Assembly: GCA_051294375.1 (NCBI GenBank)
Contig: CM119265.1
Location: forward strand, 11,657,818 to 11,721,817
Direction: 5' to 3'
DNA: 64,000 nucleotides
Source: Paraspadella gotoi
Taxonomy: Eukaryota > Animalia > Chaetognatha
Every line of letters starts with the position of its first letter. The first letter of the stretch is position 1. Shown piece by piece: positions 1 to 13,000 of this stretch. Made by a program: the position numbers and the translations under genes. The notes under the pieces are model-generated. The model was not told the origin of the DNA. It searched no databases and saw only the letters and a program-made list of their open reading frames with translations.

Positions 1-2809
1 AACTATCTTGAACTTATTGACCAAAAACTGATGAGGGGCAGTGTCTACGAAACGCCTTTCTTAAACCATTGATTTCTAACTGTAAAAATTACTACTTTTT
101 AGTGTCTCGTTTGATTCTTTGGTTCATTCTTGATTTTAAAAATCGGTTTGGAATAGTTATCTCTCTGTCATTAAGCACAACGCACTGTTGCTTATTCTAT
201 TACTTCAAAAGTTCTTTCAGAGTTTTTGAACTAATTGAGTTGAAAAATCTATTTCAACTATCGAGTTATGAAATCTACGTCAACTATTGGTTTAAAAAAA
301 TTTGAAAATTTTTAAGCTTTTCGTAAGAAGAAATGGAGCGTAGACAGCGTCAACAGTTTTTTAAAATTTAAATCTAATCTTCTCCTTTCTCTCTTTATTT
401 TTCTCTTTCTTTTTTTCTCTTTCTCTCTTTCTTTCTTTCTCTCGTTTGCCAGAACCCCTCCTCGGACTCCACTTCCGTAAATGACGCTGAAGCCGCCATC
501 GCCATCACCGTCGCTGCCGATTAATTTTAAAGAGAATCATCGGGACCGTGAATTTGCGGCGTCGACAACTTAACTTAATGTTAAAATAAAAACTTATTGA
601 TTGTCAAAAATGCCGATGAAGAGTCGAAACATGTCCGACTAACAAATTGTCTAATTATAATTCGTTGACAAACAATTCAAAACTGTTTTTCTTTAAATAA
701 TAATTTGAATAGTCGTCGTTTGTGTTTTGGGAGCTTAAATGATTTGAACAAAGACGACGACGACGAATATAACAACGAAAACGACGACGAAGTCTTTGTA
801 CTTTGTGACCCGTAGTGGTCAGTAAGAATGACCGTTATGTTATGGATGACCTTTTTCAGCCTATGTAAATACGTATTTGTTGTTGTTGTTATTTTTTACC
901 TTTTTGCTTTTTTTATAAAACTTTTTTACAACGTCTGTCTCTCTCTCTTTCTTTCTTACTTTCTCTTTCCTATTTTTTCTTTCTTTATTTCTTTTATTCT
1001 GTGTTATTTATTTTTTGGTTTATGCTTCAAATAATTCGGTAACACGCGATTTTTTTTTCAATTTTGGTTGCTTAGCAGATTTAGTAAAGTCGACAGATTT
1101 TGCGAAACAATTTTCCGCAAAATCGTGTTGACACGCGGAAAAAATGATTAAAAAATTGTCCTGATGCTTTAAGATAACGGAAAATGATGCGGTTTTTTAA
1201 GATTTAACAAGAATAATAACTAGTCCAACTAATAAAACTATAAAAACAAATAAATCTAAAGTCAAAATGAAAAATAAACTACAATCACAAAAAATCACAA
1301 ATTCAAAGACATCTTAAAAATTTTTTTTTAAGAAAACGCATAAAGCTTTTTTCTTTATATTACAGATATAATTAGCTTATCATGTGGGTAGTATTTTGCA
1401 TAAGTTTCAATTAATTTAAAGAATGTTTAGTTAGTTTAAAATGATGAAATGAAACTAACCATTTTAAAAAATTCATTGCAGACAAACGGTGAATCATTAA
1501 CAAAAATGCTTCTACCCCAGTAGAAAGAACATGAAAGCGAACCCAAAAGCAAAGTAAAAAATTTTCTTTTTCTATCTTCACCTTCAAAGTTAGTGCCAAA
1601 ACTGAAAATGGACAAAAATGGACAAGATTTTTGAAAATAAAAACTGCTTAAAAACTAACTTTACTGTATCAAATTTCTAAGGTTATGGTTTTATTTATTC
1701 GACTGTTGGGCACTCTTTGTGATATAGTCTAAAGAATTAAAAAATTATCATTCATATTTGAAGAATCAAAAGATTCAGTTCATTTCTTGACAAAAGTCAT
1801 TTCGTAGACACGGCCGAGGATGATTCATGATTTTTCTCTTCCTAATTTCCTCCAGCGATTAAGTTTACTTTTATCATCTGTCATTGTCTCTATATTTTCA
1901 AGGGTTTAAAATCCAATATCCTGTGTATAAGCAATGATTATGTCAGCAGCTGCCTTACTAGAAATCTCCCGATGGTCACAAACCTTACCAGTTTAAAAAA
2001 AGATGGTGGATGTAGGCGTCAAAAAAACGGTTAATTTTAAAAATTTTAACGGTTAAAATACTAAAATTTAACCGGTTAACTGTTAAAATCGGTTAATTTG
2101 CCAACTATTATTATAATGATAAAACTAAATAATAAAAAATATTTTTTATTTTCAATAAAAATGAATTAAAAAGGAATTCATCAAAGAAAAAATCGTAATA
2201 TCCAAAAACAAAACAAAACATAAAAAAGAGAGAGAATGTTTGATTACTTGTTAAGGTCAGTTAGATTGAGAAAAGGAAATTAAAAGAAAATTAAAATTCA
2301 GTTAGTATAGTAAAATACATTTAGAAAATGTAAATAAACAGTAACGTGATTAAAATTTGAAACTACGAAAGTAATAAATAACTACATTGTTAAATAATAA
2401 ATATTGAAATAAATGAAAGTGAAAATATAAAGTTGATAGTTTATTTTTTTTTAATATGGTAAAATTATCTCTCTCATTATCACATATTGGGAAATTTCAC
2501 TAAACAAATTTGCACTGAAGAAGATTAACAACATCGCCGAAACATGTTTTTTTAAAATTAAAATAAATTCCTAGTTTGAAATTAAAAATTATTTTTTCAT
2601 TTTTTTACATTCACTGCTACAATCAGATAATCTAAGAATAGCGGGAAAAGTTTTTGAGAAATAGTGACAGTCCCTGCAAAGGAAAACCGTGGAGTGCTGT
2701 GAAACGAAATAAAATTTAAATTAGTAAATTTAAAATCTAACTCCTCGTTATTTTACCAAATTAACCGATCGGTTAAAATTATGTTTAATCGGTGATTAAC
2801 GGTTAACCG

Positions 2810-3609
2810 TTAAGAAAAAGGGTCATTCAATTCAACTTCAAATCAGGCTAATTCAGAAAGCTGACTCCTGGCGATTCCGAAAATGTATTCACTTTAAGCA
2901 TTTGATGCATTCTACCCAATTTATATCGGTTTTAATTATAATATAAAATTAAAAGAAACCTATTGAAGAGTTGCAGGTCAAACGAAAAGGCCAATCCATC
3001 TGATATTTTTTATAAATTTTTTATTACTGAATTAGGAAAATGTAATAGAGAGACATTTTTAAATTTCAACTTGTATCCTTGAAAATGAAACGTTTTTAAA
3101 CTTTAACCTTTTCTTTTTAACTGGAACGCATTTATCAAAATGTCTCTCTATTACATTTTTACAAATGTTTTTAAGATTGCTAATCAGATTTTTAATTCAA
3201 TATTATTGCAGTCGTTTAGGCTGCAACTCTTTAATTCAGTGTAGAGTCGAATTTCTTTACCATCTATTTAACTGAAGATTTTGTTCATGACTGGAAAACC
3301 AACAGAGTAACGAGATTAATTGTTTAATTCTCCCCTTCTAACACTATCCCATACCGTGTTTTAACTTCTTACCTTGAATTTTTTTAACAACCAGATTGAA
3401 AAACAAATCTTTAAAAAATGTGCTTACCCATTTAACTTAACAATTTTGTTATTTACCCATTTAAAAAAAATGATTGAAAACATTATGTTTACATATAAAT
3501 AAGAACTTATTTTTTTGTGATTACTGATGACTATAATGTATTTCTCGATATATTAGCTCTAACACATCAATGATTACGTATTGTTATGCTGAATGACCTT
3601 TCCTCTTAA
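2810..3609. mobile_element. ~800-bp TTAA-flanked MITE (Kolobok-like purine termini); other copies or fragments at ~7550-7990, 17717-18445, 24929-25490, 27620-27891, 61710-62185, 63386-64000
   Basis: TTAA GAAAAAGGGTCATTCA ... TGAATGACCTTTCCTC TTAA; high identity among copies in both orientations. Confidence 0.8.
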
Positions 3610-4213
3610 TCGGTTAAGACCCCAAGGTGGATGTTTCGGATTCTTACCAACTTTTTTGAAGTGGAAGGAAGTTGATCCCAATCTGGATCTTCATTCTAGT
3701 TTTGAGTTTCCTGAATTTCCTGCAAAAAATTCTGTATTCGCCTTTATAGGTTATAGGTACATTATTGTTGTTGTTATTGTTGTAGCATATTATTACTTAA
3801 AAAAAAAATAAATGGTTAAAAATATTTTTTATTTACTTCGATTTCTCTTAGCATGATTTTATCCAAACTTAAGATTAAGCTCAATCAACCTCTTTTCTGG
3901 CCACACACAAAATTTAAGATCAATCCATCTATTTACTCAAGAGTAATGATAGGTCAAAGCTATAGATAGATAGACGAATTTAAACTTAAATGCTATCAAT
4001 GAAGTGGTATAATGTTTCAAAGAATGTTTCAATTGTATGAAAAAACAACTCCCTTAAGTATTAGATTGGGAAATACTATATTGTACTCCGCCCAGCATCA
4101 AAATACAAAGAGCTGAATTTTATGAAATTGGTACAACCAATATAAAAATTGTAATTATATAATTTACATCATTAGTGGTCAATAAATATTTAAATATATT
4201 TTAAGTAATACTC

Positions 4214-5283
4214 TTAAGGCCAGGGATCACTCAATCTAAAATTATAGAAATCTTAATTTACTGTATCTTAATCATTTTCTCACATCTTGTAAGAGGTTTT
4301 CTATTAAAAAATAATCGAAAACTTTTAAAAATCTACCTAAAATGTTCATAAAAATTTTAACAAATTTTTATCTTCGGTAAAACTAGATTTTCAAGAGAAA
4401 AATATTTTTTTAAATGTAAGCCAAGTTTCTACAACCAAATTTTTAACTTAAAACTGATTCTTTATAGTAAGCTCAATTTCTACTTCTTATATTTAATTCT
4501 TCTTTTGGTACAAGTACATACTTGGAGTTGTATCACTAATAAGTCTAAAACAAACTACTCTACACATTTTCCAGATGAGTTTTATGAGTTAAAAAACTTA
4601 TCGAATTTATTTCATTTTGACTTTTTATTTTTTGTAAATGTTTATATCATAAAATAGTTGCCCTATTTTCTAGAGAATCTCTGAAAAAAAAATAAAATCT
4701 GAATTAAAAAAATTAAAAACAGTAAGCTATTTTTTTAAAACATCAGCGTTGAACAAACTCCATCATCACATCCCGTGCTTGTGTATGTTGTGGTGAATCT
4801 TGTAAAAGTAATGAGTACAGAATTTAACTTTCTTGACGAAGTGAAGTTAAGAACGAAGAGTTGCAGCTCAAACCATAGGACTCTTTTTGAAGAAAAAAAT
4901 ATTTTGGGCAAAAAAGAAAAGGTGGGGGAGATTCTATGAGCGCGTTTTTGGAAAAATGTTTTTTGTTTCAAAGATATCAAAGAATTTATCCAAAAAAATT
5001 GACTAAAATAATCAAATTTTCTATGAAGGAAGGTAAATTTTGAAAGTATCTTTTCATAGAATTAGAGTTCGTGACCTAAAAGTAATTCATGCCAAATTTC
5101 ATGAGAAACCGCCTAAACCGTTTGGGCTGCAACTCAAAGTACAAAAAAAATCGAAAAAATGATAACGCCTTTGAAAAAATAGTAAAGTGAATACATTTTC
5201 GGAATCGTCAGGAACTCTCCATTCTAAATCCGAGCTCGGTTTTAGCCTAATTATAATTTGAATTGAGTGATCCCGGACCTTAA
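4214..5283. mobile_element. TTAA-flanked MITE with GG...CC termini (Kolobok-like), related to the family above
   Basis: TTAA GGCCAGGGATCACTCAAT ... ATTGAGTGATCCCGGACC TTAA; shares subterminal AAAGTGAATACATTTTCGGAATCG.CAGGA. Confidence 0.75.
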
Positions 5284-7406
5284 ATAACTTATATGTTAAT
5301 CTAAATTCCTTTTTTACTGTCTTAAACTGTCATAAACTGTCTTAATCAGTCAAACTCAACACATAAATCCTGTAGATTTCTTTGTTAATTTTCAATATAT
5401 TTAAGACAATTTAAATCAATCATAAATTAAAAGCCAACAAAGATTTACAGAATTAGCAATTTTACCGATTTTTACGATTTTCTCGTATATGACGCACAAA
5501 CTTTATGGGCAGAAGTTCAAAATTTTTTCCTAAGTTTAAGGAGATAATGAGCATTGAGCAATGAGAATCCGAAGTACAGTAAAGAAATTCCAATGTTAGC
5601 CTTGTATGACCCATCCTATTAAGCTTTAAATAAAGATTAAAAAGTGTTATAATTAATCAATACTTAGTTGCATAGTGCATACTAAGCATTGCATAAAATA
5701 ATAAAAATAATATTAAGCATAGTCTAATTTAAAAGTCCTGAAAAAAAAATTTAACAGTTGTGATTTTGTCTTCCCTAAAGATGCGGTATCGAACAAGCGA
5801 ACAACATGCATCATTGAATAATAATAGTTCTCATAATAACCGCAAGAAGAGACCAATTATGAGATTTATTTATTGCAAATGAAATTGGGAATCTGAAGCA
5901 ATGGCGTCCGCAGTCATAGTTTTCTCGCCGAAAACACAAACGTTGGCTCACACCCCATATCTGACATACTGACGCCTTTGACAAAAATAATTTTATGTAC
6001 AAAAGGCTTAATATTAGAAAATGCTCTTTCGCTTTTTCGAACCAAGAATCGGTTCTGACCAAATCACTGAACCTAATTTGATACGATTTTACTTCAAATG
6101 GGACTATCGAGGCGATTTTTATTATTTTACCCCTGAGATATGATACAGGGTAGACACATTTTTCTCAACTAGATATAAAGCTACAAATCATAGAAGACCA
6201 CCATTCGATTCATTTTTTTCTGTTCTATGTATGTTACTTTTGATATACTTTATATATCAAAGTGCCACGAGCGTCAAAATATTGAATATTCTTAATTTTT
6301 AATTATTCCATTCGTTTCATTTTTAGTTTTTTATTTAAAATACCAATTTCCAGAAAAAAATGAAAGAAACTTTAAAAATATGCAATATTTTAATTTATTT
6401 TTAGACAAACCGGAAGTAACGTTATTAACATTCCATTTAAACTGAACAATTACAAAAGGCTTCTTATTATAATATGAGGTTATGGCAACGGAGGGACATG
6501 TGGGATGCCTGGGGTGTGAGGCATCTCCCGACAGCTGGCGCTCAGGGCTTTGGACCTGAAGTGACCACCCCATGTCACTGGCGTGTTTATGCCGACACCA
6601 TCACACTTTAACCAGCGTGACCGTGAGGGGATTGAACCCGGTAGGCGAATTTATGATTCGCCACAAGGTCGTAGTTTTTTGTGACCATAATCTGTTCTGC
6701 GAAAACTACTGGACCAAATTTATGGAACTCTGGTATGAACGATCCCGATAAAACTATCGAGGTGAATTTCAATATTTGACCCCTGAGCCGAGTTATGGGC
6801 CCCCGGGGGTCACCCAAATGGGTAAAAAATGGTCAAAAATTATTAAATTATTTTTTTTTGAACAGTTGCACAAACATTTACTCTTCCACAGAAATATATT
6901 TATTACTACAAAAATATTATTTTAATTTAATTTTCAGGTTCCTGAACATCAGTGGTTCAAGTCAGATTTGGAATAATTTGGGAAAATTGAAAGTAAAACA
7001 AACCATACAATGCTTAATTAGCAAAAATCTATCAATTTTAATTCTAATTTTTAAAAAAAATAACTGCAACACTCCTTTTCTTTATCTCTCTCTCTCTTTC
7101 TGATTTTCACCCTACTCATCTGCTTAATCCTCCTCTTATTCTTTCTTTCTTACCATAGCAATGACTTGAATTTTGAATGAAAGTTTTAAAGAAATAAACC
7201 AATCTCGATATTTTGCATAGATTATTTAATAAAAGCCTTAGTAATTAGAAATTAATTCTTTAAAAAAAAATTTACGGGAAAAAAATATAGAAAAAGAAAT
7301 CCTAAAAAAAAAATCTGAAATTTAAAAAAAACGGTAAAGAAGATTCTGAAATCTTTTTGTTTACTCGATTGCGAAAAGATTTACCCCGTTTTATGCGTGA
7401 TGTGTC

Positions 7407-7548
7407 AACGCTGAAGAGTGAAGAAGGCTTGTATTCAAAGCCAAAACATGTCCGTTTCTAAACTGAAATAAAACAAATCGTTTTCACAAACAAATCAAAC
7501 TTAATCCTGCAAATTCCTAAAGCAACGAAACGAAAGGATTACACAATA
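7407..7548 (+). repeat. Solo pLTR remnant: degenerate hammerhead plus tail (further remnants at 611-637, 2512-2548, 31518-31552, 32601-32637)
   Basis: AACG CTGAAGA..GGCTT gtattca AAGCC AAAACATGTC CGTT, then GCAACGAAACGAAAGGATTACACAA. Confidence 0.6.
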
Positions 7549-10021
7549 ACTTGTATCCTTGAAAATGAAACGTTTTTAAAATTTAGCCCTGAATTCTTCC
7601 TAACTGGAACGCGTGTATCAAAATGTCTCTATTACATTTTTACAAATGTTTTTCATATTGCTAATCAAATTTTTAAATCAATATTATTGTAGTCATTTAG
7701 GCTGCAACTTATTGTAGCTCAAAATTCTTTACCATCTTTTTAACTGAAGATTTTGTTCATGACTGGAAAACCAACAGAGTAACAAGATAAATTGTTTAAT
7801 TCTCCCCTTCTAAATTTCTCTTTACTGTGTTTTAACTTCTTACCTAGAACAACCAGATTGAAAAACAAATCTTTAAAAAATATGCTTACTGATTTAACTT
7901 TACAATTTTGTTATTTACCGATTTACCGAGTATTAGCTCTAATACATCAATGATTACGCATTATTATGGTGAATGACCCTTCCTCTTAAGAAATCAATGC
8001 ACCTGATGCTATTAAAATTTTTGAAAAATATGAACGCAATTTTTTGGAATTATTTGGCCCTCCAGCCCTATATCTCCTCTCAGGGGTTAAATATTAAAAT
8101 TCGCTTTGATATTTATTTAGTCAATAGTTCTATATGTAAAATTTCCTAAAATTTGAACAACCAATTCTGGTCACAAAAATTTAATAATATAAAACATTGA
8201 AACAGGTAATTTTGGTGTTTTTTTTATAATTTACTGAAACATGCGGCTTTTCTATCTCAAGATGTATATTACTATCAGGAATACTGAGATTAAGAGAGAG
8301 TGAGTGTTTAAAATAGAACTATTTATTAAATGTAAATTTAAAAAACAAACTTGAAAAAATTATAAAAACTGTAATAGTAACTAACATTAACTAAATCAAT
8401 TTTATTTAATACAAAACAAGTTTGAGCAAACAATGTCGTATCTGCCCACGATCATTATCGGTAATTAATTCATTAATAATTAAATAATTCAAGTTAATTA
8501 ATTAATTAGGCAATTAATTAATTTGATCCCAAATGTTTGTTTTTAGGTCTTTTCGTCACTAACCACGATAAAAGCAATGACGACGATGAGAATAATGTCG
8601 ATAACAATTGACTTGATTGATTGACTGATTAATTATTGATTAATTGACTAATTTATTAATTAATTGATTAATTATTTGATTTATTAATACATCCTGCATT
8701 TACATTTAATATAAAAGGAAAAAGAAGCATAATCAATTAGTGAAACAGGTTTTTTGTTTTTTTCCATTTAAACTCATTTCCACTCAAACGATTCCATCGA
8801 AACTTGATTTCCAGTTTAATCACACACCTTTCTACCCAAATACAAAATTTCAAGTCAATCGCCCAATCCAAATTGTGAAATATATTTATATATATATATA
8901 TATACATATTTTCAAATAGTGAAATATATATATATTTTTTTCAATTTAAACTCATTTCTACTCGGACGATTCCATCGAAACTTCATATACAGCTCAATCA
9001 CACACTTCCCTACCCACACACAAAATTTTATTCCAATTCATCCATCCAATCACGAGTAATTGGTGTTTTTTGCTAAGGTGGGACGGATATAAGTGAGTGC
9101 CCGACAATATTGAGGGGGCGGACCGATGGACCGACAAAGTGAATTAAATTTTTTTCTCACCTGCGCTGACCTCTTAAAGGACCATTTCTCAGGTCATAGG
9201 TCAAATTTCAAAAATCCCCTCGATAGTCCCATATCTATTGCCCGATAGTTAGTTCATGCAAAATATCATAAATATCAATGATCGGAACCGATTCGCGGTT
9301 CGTAAAACGAAAGAGCATTTTCTAATATAAAGCCTTGAGCAAGTCTACTCCAAAATCTAATTAGGAATTACTAATTTTTTTAGGGAGAGATAGTTTTCTT
9401 CGAATACAAAAAGAAACAAATGAGGTAAAGAAGACGGAATAAAAGGCATTATTAGAAAAACATGCAACGGAAATAAAGGAAAGGACAGATAAGATTCTCT
9501 TTGGCTTTTCGAGTTTTTTTTTTTTTTTTTTTTTTTGTTTTGAGCAATAAGATCCCGATGGGTTTTTAAAATTGTGATTGGTGGTCCAAGCCCAAGATAT
9601 GACGATATTGAAAATATTTTCGTAGAGAAATTTGTTAAATCTATATATCGATCCTGTTAAAACAATTCCTGCCCAAATTTAAAAAAAAAAATTAAAAACT
9701 AATTAAAAGTTCTTGCCTCAAAGATTAACAAATCATCAAAGGACTCACCAGCACAAAAAATTTACATGAGCAGATTTTGGTGAATAAAAAATACGAGTCA
9801 AAAGGTCCGAAAGGAAGATCATAGTTTTTTTTTTATGAAAGTTGGAACATAAAACCGGAGGGAAAGTGATATATTCGAGTACGAGAACATGGAATGACAG
9901 AGTTGACCGTGAACGCCAAAAATTTCGAGTTTTTCCTAATTTCGCTATTTTAAGCCTTCCTCCTTGCTCTTTTTCAAAGCATAACTATTGCACAATGACC
10001 AGGTTGTCGAAAAGCAATGAT

Positions 10022-13000
10022 TCAGCAGTCCCATGTGCCGGCCCGAGTGTGCAGCACGGCCTGACATTCGGGACACTTATGCTCCCGAATCTTTGAAAAG
10101 TTGGTGCAGAATGGAACGAAACAAAGACCCAACTGCCCCAAAATTGGAATGCAGCAAAAGAAACACAGACAGGTAAGTCCTTATTTGGAATTCGCACGAA
10201 AAGAAAAAAATGAAAAAAGGGGATAAAAGAGATGAAAAAATGATATGTTGGACCCTGGAACTGTTACCATTTCCTATTTGTAACTTGATAAGTGATTACC
10301 TAACCTAATAAAATATTGGTTTTATGGTGGACTAAAATCCACTAACCGTTCATCAGCAGCCATTGGTGCCAGAAGCAAGTCATTCGCCTCCCAACCCAAA
10401 GGTCGGGGTTCTAGCCCGGTGGTCGCCTAGCAGATAAGAAGGACGGGGCGCTTAACCCGCCTGTAACACGGTGTTACAGCCTGATCCGAAGCTTAGGGAC
10501 TGCTTATATTGAACGGTTCTGTCCCTAACACATAATAATAATTACTGTCTCTTTAATTTACATGATTGATTAGCGTTAAAAAAGAGATAAAAAATCTTAA
10601 AAGTATAGTGATCTTAATGAAAAAATCCGAAAAAAAAAATTGATGCGATAACGAATTATTAATGTAATTATAATTGATTGATTGATATAATAGTAATTGA
10701 ACGATTGATGTAATAGTAATTGATTGATTGATGTAATAATAATTGATTGATGCAATAGTAATTGATTAATCTATATACAAAAGGCTTCATATTATAAAAT
10801 GGATAAGGCGCTACGTGGGCTGAAGATGACTGTCCGTAACTTCTATAACCCCCTCTAGCAGCCATGGAACGGGTCCCTGGGCTTGGAACCAGGCTTGAGG
10901 GTTTGCCATGCCCTCAAGGCGGCTTACGGCCGTCCTCACGCTTCCCTCAGGGTAGGTACCGGGTTGGGATTGAACCCGGTACCTAGTGGTCATGAGCTGA
11001 TGGCTTTACTCAATGAGCCACCGGGTCACAACTGAAAGTTTCATGATTCTAGGCGGGGTAAACTTGGGAATGCCCGACTACCGGTACCCCTTTTTTGTGA
11101 CCAGAATCTGTTCCCACCAAAGTACTCAATCGAATTTTATGAAATTTTACATATACAGTCCTAATGACGATATAAATGGAACTATTGAGGCGAATTTTGA
11201 TATTCAACACCTGACAAGAGATACAGGGTCCTGGGGCTGGACCCCTGGGGGGCCAAAAAGGCTAAATTTTTTTTTTTTTTTTTTTAATATTTTTCTGTAG
11301 GATCAGGTGCATTGACATCTTAAACATATAAAAAAAACATTTTAGAACTAAAATTGATAAATTTTCAATAATTAAGCATTGTTTGAAGATGCATGGTTTA
11401 TCGTTTTACTTCCAATTTTCAAAAAATATTCCAAAACTGACTTGAACAGCTGATGTTCATGAAGATGAAAATTAAGGTAAACTAACATTTTTGAGGGAAT
11501 AAATAGGTTTTTGTGGAAGAGTAAACGTCTGTGCAACTGTTCAAAACAAAAATATTTGAAAAATTTGTAAAAAAGAGGGCCCATATCTCGGCTCAGGGGT
11601 CAATTATTGAAATTCGCCTCAATATTTTTATTTGTAATCACATAGGGATCGTTAATTCCAAATTTCAATAAATTTGGTCAAGTAGTTTTCTCGGAACGTG
11701 TTCTGGTCACAAAAAAGGGGTACCACATTTTATAATATGAAGCCTTCGGTATATATAAATTGTTTTGTAAATAAAACAAACTAGTGGAGGAATATGAAAC
11801 ATAAGCAGAATAGAGGCTCACCCTACCGCCAAGGCCTTTCTCTCTCCCCGGTCTTCTCTGCCCCCTCTCAACGCCTCTTCCTCCTCCTCCTCTTGTCGTC
11901 CCCTCCTCTTCATCCCCGAGTCACGGATTAGAGTCTTGGAGATTGGCCTCACAACATCTTCTCCTCTCGGTCTCGGGGTTTACAAACATTCCCTCTCCCC
12001 CTTTTATGTACTCTCTGTTATTCCTATCACCATTACATACTTACCCTACTTTCTTCTTTTCCCTCATGAGAGACTAGTCAGAACCTACCTTTAGCTAGAT
12101 ACCCATTAGACACATTTGAATCCGACAAAGTTTTAATTAGATAACGAGTCTGGGTGTCATTCTGTTCTTTTTCCAAGCTCTTAACTAAAAAAGTTTTAAT
12201 TAAGAAAAAAACTTTTTCGCCCGAGCCAGGGGTGTTGAGTCAAAATATGGAAATTCACCATTTTTTAGTATTTTTTAGCTTTTTCCATATAATTTTTTTA
12301 ATATAATAATCTTTAATCAAGTTAATTACTTCTGATAATGATTTTAATTTATCCTATTTAACTGTTTTTAAAACATTCATTAAAAAATATTAGTTTTTAG
12401 CTTAAGCCAAGGGTGTTGAAGAGCTAAAATATTTAAATATTTTTTTGAAATATTTATAAATTATAATTTACCTTTTTTTTAAAGATAACTTATTTTAATC
12501 ATGGTAATGAAAATATTTGATATCTCTAAATGCTTTGAGGTGACTTACCACAGCTTTAAGTTAATAAATTAATTTAATAATGTTTTTTAAAACTGAAAAC
12601 CCCAAAAACTTCTATGATCCAAAGCAATTAAGTTTAATTTTTAATCACAAAATGTAATTGTTACAAGATAAAATTATTTAAATAATATTCGGATATTATT
12701 ATAAAAAATATGTTTACTTTATAATATAAATTAATTTTATTAAAAAAATAATTTAAAAATGATATCTGCATATAAATTTTGTACGGATAAGAGTAATAAT
12801 TTGGTTTAACTCTATATACAAATATTTTGTTATTAAATAAAATAATTTTTTTTAATATACAATAATTTTTAACCATTGTATTAATCCTTTCAGCTTCGTT
12901 GAGTGTAGAGATTTAAACAAAGTTTGAAAAATATTTTCATCAACGATTATATTTAATGATATACGGACATGTTTCGACTCTTTATTTTCGAGTCTTCATC

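Noticed and set aside
25-60. CTGATGAG...CGAAAC hammerhead-like motif at the window start
   Set aside because: Stem II is poorly paired, with no clear stem III or cleavage triplet; at best a decayed copy.
6481-6620. Possible HDV-like ribozyme in a GC-rich insert
   Set aside because: Hairpins are present, but I could not assign the nested double pseudoknot by eye.
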